The position numbers and the translations under genes were made by a program. The notes beneath the pieces are model-generated. The model was not told where the DNA came from. It did not search any database and saw only the letters and a program-made list of their open reading frames with translations. From contig DF236981.1 in the NCBI GenBank assembly GCA_000708835.1, positions 186,001 to 250,000 of the forward strand: 64,000 nt of DNA, read 5' to 3'. The stretch's first letter is position 1. Each line of letters starts with the position of its first letter. Source of the DNA: Klebsormidium nitens. Its lineage: Eukaryota; Plantae; Klebsormidiophyceae. Below, in pieces: positions 24,229 to 38,700 of this stretch.

Positions 24229-24779
24229 GGCTGCCGGCCCTCATTCAACAACCCCTTTGGTCCACAAAAATATGCTCAGCTGCCGAGTAGGGAAAAGCCC
24301 TGCTGTCAAGTGCCGCGACGACCAAAATTTTCCCTCTAAGGCTTCTCTACTTCCTCATGGCGGTGCCAAACACTGGTACCGCAAGCAAAGCCACTTTCTG
24401 CTAGCTTCTCCTCTGTATCCCTGACGCCCATCAACAGTGTGCACTGTGTCTATTTGTGTGACAGTTCGAAGAACAATTTCAACTTGAAATTCAAGAAACG
24501 AGAAAGTGAAGAAGCTGAAGAAGACGCAAACCCATTTTCGCATTAGCTTGGTAACCCGGCTTTTCTAGAGGAGAACAGGGTTAAGCGAATCGTTGTACTA
24601 ACCAGTCCCGCCAAATTGCAGCTTGAGGGTGGAACCTCCATCTGCACAGCCTCAGGTGCATTGGTGCATTTGGAGCTCACTCTTTTCTCACACTGTCTAG
24701 CTTGTCGGCCTCGGAGTTGCTATTCTCAAACTCTTCACAGGCCAGAGCTCAGGAAGTACTGCCAGAGCGCCCTGCCTCG

Positions 24780-27584
<2,805 letters not shown>

Positions 27585-29112
27585 GTCCTTGCAGCAGCAT
27601 ACTTTTCGGTCGCTTGGAAAGAGTCAAAATCTGTTGATGAAGTTGGGGTGGCGCAGAGTTGCAGAGAGCCGCCGCCCAGCGGTTTATGCGGGCAAGCCAG
27701 GAGCTATCAACAGTGATAGACGTCCGCGTTACTCCGTTCAGTTCCAGCTTTCGTTAGCTCTGATTTCGGACACTGTTGGTTCTCGCGATCATGTGCATGG
27801 CATGATTGAGTCACACTGAAAGCGGCACTGTAGAATGCGCGGCCTTAGGATCTAGTGCAACGTGAATCCAAGGATCTGAGGTGGTACAGGATCTTTCTTT
27901 GATTTCCCAATCATTTGCTCGTCATCCCAAGTTTCTCCAAGTACCAGACCATGGACGGGGTACCTGCCAGCGGTGGGCAGCGAAATGGGGTTGACACTTT
28001 GAGATGATGTTGCCTTGCGCTAGCGCAATGCCGCGTGCCTGAGCGGCTTCGAGTTGGAACATAATGCGTGCAGGTTTTCAACTCGTGAATGTGCTAGCTG
28101 GGCGCTAGGACAATCGTGAGCTCGAATTGGCCGATCTCCACAATAGTAACCTTTTTGGGGGGTTTACTGAAACGTCCGCATGTTTAGTGCATATGAAGCT
28201 AACTATAGCATACGCATTAGTACATATATATACATTAGTGATCATTAAGACCGTATACACACATTGCATGTCATTGTTGAGCAAAGCTCAACTTACCAAC
28301 TGACGTAGCATGCAAATATAGATTCGAATTAGGGTAACAAGCGTTCAAAGGTCAAACATTGTATGCCATGGAAAGCCTATGGCCCATGTGTGTGGCTCTT
28401 GCGTTTGACTGAAAGGCTTCGATGTTCTCTTCGATCGAGCGTCCTTTCCTGAAGCCCGCAACCATTTGGGTGCGCGCGCAGATTGCATGGGAACTCCTAT
28501 ATAGTTTCATCATGGTTGTTTATCCTTGATACATTCGGCCAGAGGCCTAGCCCTCAGGGCATGCAGCTTGGATGTTGTTTTGAATAGCTGTCTGGCCCTG
28601 ATCAATATCGAAGGTATAGCAGATCTCGCACTTGGCAGGGCTCATTTTGAAGATCTGGCCGGGCGCGCTATATTGCAAACAAGCTGGGCCACAAGGACAG
28701 ATATTTGCTTACCATGCAAACAACGAATACCCGAAGGTCGGAAATCCGGAGGTACTGATTTGAGTTATTGTCGAAAGGGCAGAGTAGTGGTCCTTATTTG
28801 CAGCCTTACAGGTTCAAGTGCCAGATTCACCAAGACTATAGCTGTGCGCAACAACTTATACCAACTGATGACGCTATGTAATCGGCTGTGTATGTATGTA
28901 ACCTTGACGACATTTTTCATCCCTATGTATCCGCTATCGAAGTTGCACCAACGTCCCCTCATGCAACTCGTATAACAGGTCGATTCATCATCTAGTTAGC
29001 CTGACCAGCTTGCGTGCTGGTCCTCAATCCCCTACCCAATTATTCACAAAGCGCATTGATATATATCTAACGACAGCAGCATGTTTTTTCGCAGAGCCTT
29101 CGCAGAACCAGC

Positions 29113-32100
29113 CTATTGCTCACCCGGCAAGAGCGTATCCCCGAAGGGAAGGTCGCAGACACCACCAAACTCTCCGAAGAGGTGCTTGACGCAGTTCTTC
29201 TCGGCCTGGAGCTCCTCCTCGCTCTGCAAAACACAAGCAAAAACACGTTTTGAGCTGACTTTTCCCAAGAAAATTTCCTCCTGTTTCAAAAGATCAATTT
29301 CTACTCAACGGATAGGGCGGACTCTGACCAGCTCAGACGATCCGGAGCCATGTCAAAGATGAGAGAGCAACAATGTCGTCCCAAAGAAAGTGACCTTCTT
29401 TCTTACACAAAGCATCACGAAGGGGCTACACGACGAAAAGTTGATTCAAGACGACACAAATCAAGGGATAATGTAAACCGCTTTTACCTTCTGAATGCGT
29501 TCTCGCAACCACGCGTCAATTTCTAGGCCGCTCACGACCTCGTAGTTGCCATCACCCTGCAAATAAAAAAGGCAGAAGTGAATTTCGGCAGTATAAAGTT
29601 TCTACTTGCCACCGTTAAAATCAAGAACTCCGGTTCCTTGCAATCGCCCACATGTAAGAACATGTACATAACAACGTTTTTTTAAAAATCCCCTTTTCTG
29701 AAATAGAAACAATTACCGGCCACTCAGGTCGAGTCGGTCGGACCAGGTTGAAAGCTGACCAGTACTCAAGTTTCCAAAACCAGTGCGTGCTTTATGGTCT
29801 TTTCGCCAGATTGCCTGGCCGCACTTCCATGGAGAGTTAATGCGACGAGTATCAACTTCCGAAGTAGTCCGGGTCCCACCCTAAATCTCATACCAAGAAC
29901 TGAAAGAACAGGCGGATCAAGGGGTCAGCTCGAAAGGCGGTTAGCCCTTCTGCACGCAAAAAAGACAAATGCGACCTCTGATTAACCTCACTGGAGCCTC
30001 GCTGCTAAGCTCGGCAGATGGTCGCCACGTCAGCCAGCCGCTCACATAGACAATCACCAGCCGTTCCCACTACTTTGTTCTTTGATGATAAAAACAGGCC
30101 AACATTTACCACCGATCAGTGAAAATCACCCTTACCTCTGATCTGCAGGGCAGACTGAAGACCAGGTCCTGTGCGATTCCGTAGGGGTTCCCTTCCGACC
30201 AGACGCCGGACGAGAACCAGTCACCCTCCGGAGTGGGCGTGACCAAGCTTTTGATGGCGTCAGCAATGGACACGGCCGTCGAGGCAGCGGAAGAGCGGCC
30301 CCACTTCTTGATAAGCTTCCCTCCCCTCTGCAAAATACGTCGTGAAGTTTAAGGTAGGGCCACGCAAAAATGCAAGCAGGATGATCGGAGTAAACTGCGC
30401 TCGATCTCTTGTTGCGTATGTCCCTGTGTTGACGCCCCGGTTTGCACTTCGAATCATCAGGTTACAAGAAAAGAGAACCACATTAGAGAGAATGTCAACA
30501 CATCCGCTTCCCGGGTCGAAAGCTTCTGAATTGGACAATGCTCCACATGCTCGAGCCCTCGTGTTGTTCTACTGTAACGAGGAGTGGGACTGTATTCAAG
30601 AAGAAAGCTGCCTGCACTTGGCAACTACTATCGGACTATCAAAATGAGCAAGTAACATGCGCCACAAGCTGTTGAAGAACTGCTCATCAAGAGCTTGGAG
30701 GCAGATGCTGTGCAAACTTCCCCTTCTGAACTTTCAATGACCAGTCCGTCGTAAAATGCAGAAGCACCAGCCAAGCGGGAGCAAGCGTGGCTCCACGCAA
30801 AGAAGATCCGCAGACAGAGTAGATGAATTATAGCATCGGTCGGAAGATTTCTCCTCTTCTTGGACAACGACTCAGTCCGTCCAAGGTCCTGAACTCTTAG
30901 ATAAAAAGCAGTGCACAATTCACGGATAATGTTGGGCGCCACTAAAGGCAATATTCAATTTGTACTTTGGTAGGGACTCCCCACTTTATGTGACAGGTCT
31001 CCGCAGATGACTTTGTTTCGTCTAACAGGTTACAGTACGTGTCACGAATGGTGGCAGTCAAATGCAGAGACACTCAGCACAGCAAGGAAAAGAGACTCGA
31101 AGAGGATCCAACGGGCAAAACTGCACTATACCGTTGGCAGGGCCATTCCAACGAGAAACCTTTGGCCAAGCCCCAGAAAAGCTTACCGTTTGGATGGCGG
31201 GCGTGAAGTCGTTTTCCAGCCAGTGCGTGTCCTTGATGACGTCCTTTACAGGGTGACCGTAGATCTTGGCGTTCACGAAGTCGGGGACTTGAGTGGTGGA
31301 GTGGTTACCCCAGATGGTCATGTTGGTTACCGCATCGTACCAGACGCCGGCCTTGAGGGCCAACTGCAAGAGGAGGCCTTGTCAGGAACGACACAACTGC
31401 TCCTCAGTCCTCTGTGCTAATCAAAACAATGACGGAGTCTCTAATAACAAGGCCTTTCGACCACATATCGTCACCTGAGTCAAAGTAGAGCCTGATCTGC
31501 CCCACCTTTCGGGCCAGCTGCAATACATTCCCCCCCCCCATCTAACGTGTATTTCATTCGTTCTTCGTCCGCTCTTCTTCTTTTCTCCCAATCAAATCTG
31601 GTGGGATATGAAATCAACCACTACCTCCAAAAACGTGAGCAGTCTTTGCCAAAATCGAACAGAAGAGGAGAGAATACAAGTTTAAAATGTGGCATGTGCT
31701 GTCTAGATCTTTCGTTCTGAAGGATCACACACTCTGGGGTCAAAACTTTCATATCCAACGGCACTCACCTGGCACTTAGCCCTATTCTCGTCCAGCCGAG
31801 TCAATGCGTGGAAGTTCTTTTTGGGGATGTCGGGTGCGTTCTCCATGCAAATCAACGCGCTGCAAGCAAGAGTACAAACCTTGAGCTTGTACAATCACCG
31901 CACCTGATCATTAAATACAGCATGCACCTCTTCAAAGATTGAATTGGTTATCAGGATAAGAAGCTTCTTTCCTACGGTCGGTCTCTTTGGTCGAGTAGCG
32001 TCAAGTCAAACTCACTTTGTATTGCACGGGTTCCCAACAACCAGAACCTTGACGTCCTTGTTTGCAACAGCGTTCAGAGCCTTCCCCTGCACCAAGCAAG

Positions 32101-34585
32101 GCAAACTTTAGCACCTCTGGCAGGAGCCTCTGCAACAGTCAGCAAGGGTCGAGCTCAGTTGTCCGTCGAGCTCCAATAAGCCTCGTGGTTACTAGTGGAC
32201 TCAGTACCTTAACAGGAGGTAGAATTGTGACTACAAAACGTTGTGTAGATGTCACACAAGAAAGCCTTGCGGGTTTGTGTCTCAAACCTGTAGCTTAGCA
32301 GATTGAAGAACACCTTTCCACCATAGATGACCAGTAACCAGGCACCACAGCCGAGAAATGCAATTTGCCATCCAGTACCACTGACCTGATCGGCGAAGAT
32401 CTGCCCGTTGAGTTCTAGAAGGTCACTGCGCTCCATGCCCGGTCCGCGTGGCTTGGCGCCAATCAACAGCGCCCAATCCGCATCTCTAAACACCTGCATC
32501 GGCTCAACACCGATGCTGACTTCCCGCAACAATGGGAACAAAGAGTCCTCCAACTCCATAGCAACACCTGAAGACAGAGACTCTTGTTAGATTAGGCTTA
32601 TTCTTTGTTAGTGGCTCAAAAGCAACGCAAGGACAGCTTGCACACTGAAAACAGAGGGAAAGCACACCGAAAAGTAGCTGACCAGGCCATGCACAGTGTT
32701 CTCCCCAAATCTCTTCAGTGGTGGTGATGCAGAGCTCTTAATTGAAGTCAGAACACTCACAGCAATTTGACCAGCTGACAAGGACATATTGCATGGTGAA
32801 GTATTACTACGCACATCAAAAGGGAAACTTGCCTTCAAGTGCCTCCCGGGACCTAGAGGAGCCGAGAAGGTTCAGAGCGATGGGCTGATCCTGACCAAAG
32901 ACTTCACCAGCGGCAATCTGCAGAAATCAGAAAAGGTGGTGAGAACTCTGCAAACAAGTTATGAGCTAGATAAGTGGTATCCTGCCCAAGTCTCAAAAAG
33001 ATCAATCACCAAAACCACCTCCGCCACTCTGTTGGCAGATAAGTTGATTGGAGAGACAGTCAGTAGATGCCAACATCGTCGGGGCTTGGGGCGCCCTACC
33101 TTGAAGAGAAGGTGGTTTGAGATTTGGCCAGCGGCGCCGGACACAGCAATGCGCAAGGTCTTCTTCCAGGTCTTCGGCTTCTCTTCCTGCAGAAGCAACC
33201 AATCAAGCTCTTGTAAGTCCGACAAAAACATTGGCCTGTGAAAGCTCTCGACAGCACTCCGCTTGCTGAGGGGCAATGCAGAACCTCATGCAGGCTGAGA
33301 AGCAGCCAGAATGAGATCCGCAATGAAAGGAAAAAAATCAAAAGCAGGCTCCCGATCTTGCTCTGCAGTACTCCAAGCCAGCAGTGCCCTTCAGTCACAA
33401 ATAGGGCGCACGCTTAGAGATCCCTCACCTTCGTAGGATCGTAAGTGAGGCAGAAAACGCCAAAGCAATTGTCGCCTTCGCTCACTGCTCCATTCTGAGA
33501 AGCAGCAGCTTCTGGCTTGGCAGGGCTGCAGTTGGAAGGGGGGAAACTGAGAATACTTGCGAGAAGGTCATCCGGTTAAAGGTGGAACTCATGTCTGAAC
33601 TCATTTTGTCTATATGCCAAGCCACCAAAGCAATTGCCAAAACACCTTGGACAACATGCATTTGGCATATGATTGATAGATACACAATTATAGATACAGA
33701 ACAAATCAAATAACAAAAGCACGCCTGTATATCAGAACCCTAAACTGCACATGTTGAACTGCATGCTTCCTTCGTATGAATGCGAAGGGATAAGCATGCT
33801 TGACAACTAGAGTGACAACAGATGATACTACTCAGATCAGCGAGTAGAAGCTGCACAAGCAGGTGCACAACGGCAGCTGAAGGGAAACCCTGATCATTAG
33901 CAGGCTCCATAGTACCAGCCAAGCTTCATGTCATTGAACTGATCTAATCAAGCTTAGTATTGAAGCCAATGGATCCCCCATTCGATTACATGCAACAATA
34001 TCCACTCAACATGGCTAGTCTAGCCAGACAAACATGGTAATCATTTGCATCTGGAAATGGTGATCTTGCAGGTGTGCAAAAAGCCTCCGTAGAAGAGAAT
34101 GCATCAAATCATTACCACATGTTTTCGTGCAAATCAAGCACCCACTGAACTCATCCAACACAATGATGGAATTGCTCACCTTCCATGCACACCAAACTAT
34201 AATGGTAGCTTCACACACTACTCAGAGGATTTTTCGGCAAGATTGTCGAACCCAAAAGATCAGGGCCCAGAGACACCTCTGATCAGGCAAACTGCAAAGA
34301 AACTGGAGAGGTAGCACGAGTCAGATCCGGGTTTTGAAAAGAAGCACTGGATAGCAGAAAGTAATCCACTAACCTCTCTGCCAAAGCTGCGCGCACTCCT
34401 CCCCCCCTTGTTGCCTGCTTCGATCTTCCCATACCATTGTGCTTTGCCTCAAATGAGGGCACAAACAAGGATCTCCGCAGATTCAAGGGAGCAGCATGTA
34501 TCTTCCTGTCCAGAAGCTTGCTCTGAGAAACTCCAGCAAGAGTGCCAGCCGCACTCTGCAGGGTTGCTACTTTGGCTGCTGCCAT
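29113..34585 (-). CDS. NADP-MDH: Chloroplastic NADP-dependent malate dehydrogenase
   Basis: Transit peptide [10 protein letters not shown]..., [90 protein letters not shown] and C-terminal EKNCVKHL...[15 protein letters not shown]. Confidence 0.97.
32568..32832 (-). other. GC-AG intron in NADP-MDH
   Basis: ...GAA G|GCAAGT donor; TTCAG|GT GTT GCT ATG restores EGVAMELED. Confidence 0.85.
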
Positions 34586-35062
34586 GGTGAAACCCAAAAC
34601 TCAGCAAGATGCACCAAATCAGACCTTGACAAATCGGGCGATGAGGCGAAATCCAGCGACGGTCTCCGCTTCAGAGCCTGCCAAGAGAAGCTGCGTTTGA
34701 CAACTTTGCACGAAGAGATCCTTCCACGGCGCCCTAAACCTCGTGTAGTAAGGAAAGCCTGTGTTTGGTTTGGTACGTGACGAACAGATGCGCTGAGGGC
34801 AGCCCACTGGCACTGGCACAGGTTGGCCTTGGAACCGTCGCCCAGAAGGACTCAAGACAATTCGGAAACTTCTTCCCGGATAATTTTGTGGATTTCCCAA
34901 AACTTCCGGCCATGTGGCACCAAGTGGATATTTTATCCACGTGGAGCGCTTCAAGCTTTGAAAAGTGCCATGTGGGTTTTGATTATGACGCAAGCCTGCC
35001 GTCATCAGATTTTGCAGTCTTCAAGTTCGTGCACTGACTACAAAGCGCAAGGGGTACATATT

Positions 35063-35400
35063 ACAAAGAAGCCAAACATTTTTCGGGAAGTTGGCGATTG
35101 TCCTAAAGAGGTAGGTACCGCGCAAGCTTGATTTCAAGTACCATTACAAGCGAAGGTACCCACCACTGCACGGTCTCTGTACCGGGCCAGATTGCTACCG
35201 GGGACCCTCCGACCAACACTAAAAACCTGAATACAGTGACTCAACCCCAACTCCAACACCCTAAGTCGTTCCGTCATAGCCCACCCTAACCCGCCCACCA
35301 ACCCCACCAAAGTCACTCGGTTGTGCTCGATGAGAAGTGCCCGGCTCAAATACCCTGCGTCGACGAGCATTCTATTCCCAAAAATGTTTGGCTTCTTTGT
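35063..35400. repeat. 26-27-bp inverted repeat bracketing ~340 bp (MITE-like) in the divergent MDH/M20 intergenic region
   Basis: ACAAAGAAGCCAAACATTTTTCGGGAA (35063-35089) and TTCCCAAAAATGTTTGGCTTCTTTGT (35375-35400) are reverse complements apart from one inserted base; no clear target-site duplication. Confidence 0.6.
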
Positions 35401-35733
35401 CCATTTTGCCTGACTAGGTAGCTCCGAGAGCACAAATCGACAATCCCACCTGGTGGCCATCATGGCTGCAATTGTAAAGTAGGTACCCGAATCGATCAGG
35501 GAGACTTTCTTGGGCGGCAGGTGGCGGCAACTTCAAGTGGGTGCATAGAAAATTGAGGATAAGTGTATTGTAGCTTGAAGTCTCGGTCCTTCTGCTTGAA
35601 TCGATATTGGAAATAGGTGCCCCCTAATACATTTGTTGCCTGCCAATATTGCAAACTTCCGCTTACGTGCTGGCCCGCGACAATTCCAACCGCTCTTTCC
35701 AATTTACTTCAACTGGCATGCCGCATTGCAATC

Positions 35734-38700
35734 ATGATGCTTCGTAATCAGCTTACCACCACCTTGCTCATCCTTAGTAGCTTTCTCCTTATAAACCAAT
35801 CGGTACTTTGTACTGAAAATACAAGCAGACATAGTTTAGCCCCATTGGACGGCTACTTGAAAGAAGCACGCCAACAGGTGCGGAGGTTTCGTGCCTAAAC
35901 TCTTCTGAATCCCACATTGTAGAACTATGGCAAAATTGTCATATGAAAGTGATTCCATATGTGGACGTGCCTCGATGATAGGAACACCAACTATGCGAAG
36001 TGGTGGCTTGATTCGCAGGTTTGATTAAGTACTAAGTTTTGACCGAAACCTTAAACGATGGTTTAAAGGCACTGGGCTTGCAGGCAAATATGCTTTCTCG
36101 ATACTTCATCATCAATTCTCCCCATCGTTGTTGACAGAAACCTCAGAAAAATTAAGAGGATTCTTAAGGTTTCCCTGAACCCTTGCAAAGGCCTTGGTTT
36201 GTCCAAATGTAGAGCCATAACCCTCATGAAAAGGAAGAATATTAAGGGTTCATTCGCGAGGGAGAGAAGGCAGCTCGCACTAGCAAAGACAACGCTTCTA
36301 TTTTTCTCAGATCCGGTTCAATGATCCCAAATATGAAGCTACACTTGAAAGTCCAGCCCATTTGTAGTCTTGTCTACCTGGAGGATCATGAAATACACCT
36401 TCACCAGACTTTAGCTTCAACAAAGTACTGCCTCATGTACTTTTGCAGGATGTGGCATCATGGATCACAGGCATCCGGCGGGAGCTGCATCAGTACCCGG
36501 AGCTTATGTACGAGGTGAGGGAACCCTTGTCTTTCAAACTAGAGCCAACTTGTCTGGCGAGTTTCACCTTCATTGTTACGAATCTCCATGGATCGCCGCA
36601 GCTTACTCTGGCGTTCACAAATTTTGAATCTGCATGCTTGGTCACAAAACGCATTAACAACTCGCTTTCCAGTACGATCACCCACCTTTGACCAGGAGTT
36701 GTGAGCTTATAAAACCCTCAGGATTAGACAATTGATTGGATTTTCATTGGCTTACATGTGGCTGTCCGTTGGTGATGAAAATGAGCGCATCGCTTCGCAA
36801 AACCCTCGACCTCGCTGGTCAAAAAAAATGACGGTCCATTGCTTTTGAACCATGCACTTTCACCCTCAACAGGAAGTGCAAACGAGCGCCCTCATCCGCA
36901 AGACCCTCGACTCGCTGGGCATCAAATACAAGTACCCCCTCGGAAAGACGGGCGTCGCCGCAACATTAGGAACTGCAAATGGACCCCACGTCGCGCTGCG
37001 AGCCGACATGGACGCTCTCCCGATCGCCGAGGCTGTCGAGTCTGAGTTCAAGAGCAAGAACGAAGGGAAGATGCACGCGTGCGGTCATGACGGGCATACG
37101 TCCATGCTGTTAGGGGCGGCTCGGATGCTCAAAGCCAGGGAGAAGGAGCTCAAAGGCAAGGTGAGACCCGGTGTTCCGACACAGTCCTGTGCCTTCCAGT
37201 TGATGCTCAAATTGGGTCGCTCGTCAGGGTCTCAAGCTCTGATAATCGCCTGTGGGCATTTACGAAACAGGTAGCGAGGAACTTCTTGAATCTTTGAACT
37301 CGGGTCAAACGTTTCTCGAGAACTGGCGGACTGATGCTGTAAGATTTGGTCCTCTGTGGTTAAAGTGCGCCAGTTCCCCTGTGCCCGCAATTACTGGTCG
37401 TCTGATGAATCTCAGTACTAACCACGATAACCCCTGGTTTGCAGGTAACTCTGGTTTTCCAACCGGCCGAGGAGGGCGGCGCGGGGGCCCGCCTGATGAT
37501 GGACGAGGGCCTCTTCGCAGATGACAAACCGGACTTCGTTTTTGGGTTACACGTTGACCCCTCGCTTGAAACCGGGCGGGTTTCGTTAACACCCGGAACA
37601 GTGCTCGCAAGCTCAGGGGCGTTCATTGCCAAGATAAGCGCGAGTGGGAGCCACGCGGCCTTCCCACACCTGACGGCAGACACGATCGTCACAGCTTCGG
37701 CAGTAGTTGGAAGGTCAGCGAATTCCACTACCCTTCTGAGGACAACTCTGCGCGCTGTTGGTTGATACCGTTGGTCCTTTAAAAGGTCCCGGGATTGAAG
37801 TTTGTCTGGGGGTCGAGAAACATCATTTGGTCGTCAATTGACGTCCTTAGCAGATATGCGCAGTGGTGACGGGCTGCTCGCCTGGACTGCGATCCCTCTT
37901 TGTGCGCTGTTTTCTCAGCAACGAAAGTCGACAGTAGAAAAGTGAGTGTTTTCGGAAGCGATTAAAAGCATGAGATCTGTCAAAATGTCCTCAAGAAATG
38001 GCAACTTACTTTGGCTTTGCTTAACGAATATGAGAAAGGAACCGTACAGACGTGGAAGTTGGCTCAGCTTCGTATCCGTGTCGGGGTAAGTCTCGAAGGC
38101 TTTCGGCCCATAGCTTCTCTTCGTGTTACCGGCACATATGCCCAGCTCTCCCATTCGAAATCAATCAACGTTTTCTGGTTGACTCCACTGTTTTCGCTGG
38201 TTGGACTGAGTGCTTTGATTTCTTGTCGTCGTTGGTCCAGCTTCGTGAATTTAAGCACCTCGTCTTTCTGGTTCAGCCTGCAGACCCTGATTGCCCGGAA
38301 GCTGGATCCCCTCGAAGCGGGCGTCGTGTCCGTGACGATGATTCACGGAGGGACGGCGCTCAACGTGCTGCCTCCGGAGGTCGAGATTGGTGAGACTCGA
38401 AGCTCTAAGCCGCCTTTGCTAACCCGGGTACCTTAACCTCGCACCCAAGATGTTGCACGGGCAGTTCGCAATTCATAAGGTGCAAACTTTTACAAAAGTT
38501 GAGTTATATTCTACTTTCCCCCGCCTATGTCAGCATCATCGAATACCAGGTCGAAAAGAACATCTTGGGTGCAAGGTAAAGGGGCCCAAGTTCGCGTCCA
38601 GTTTCTTTCCCGTTCAGGATTCTCTGCTCAGTCTACAATGCCAACAGAGAGAGCTTACTTCAAGAGCCCGCTGTTCTTGAGAAAGTCCGAACGTGGTCTC

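Noticed and set aside
28195-28345. Homing-endonuclease-like sites (TAACTATA, TAGGGTAACA)
   Set aside because: Only partial matches to I-CeuI and I-SceI sites, as expected by chance in AT-rich DNA.
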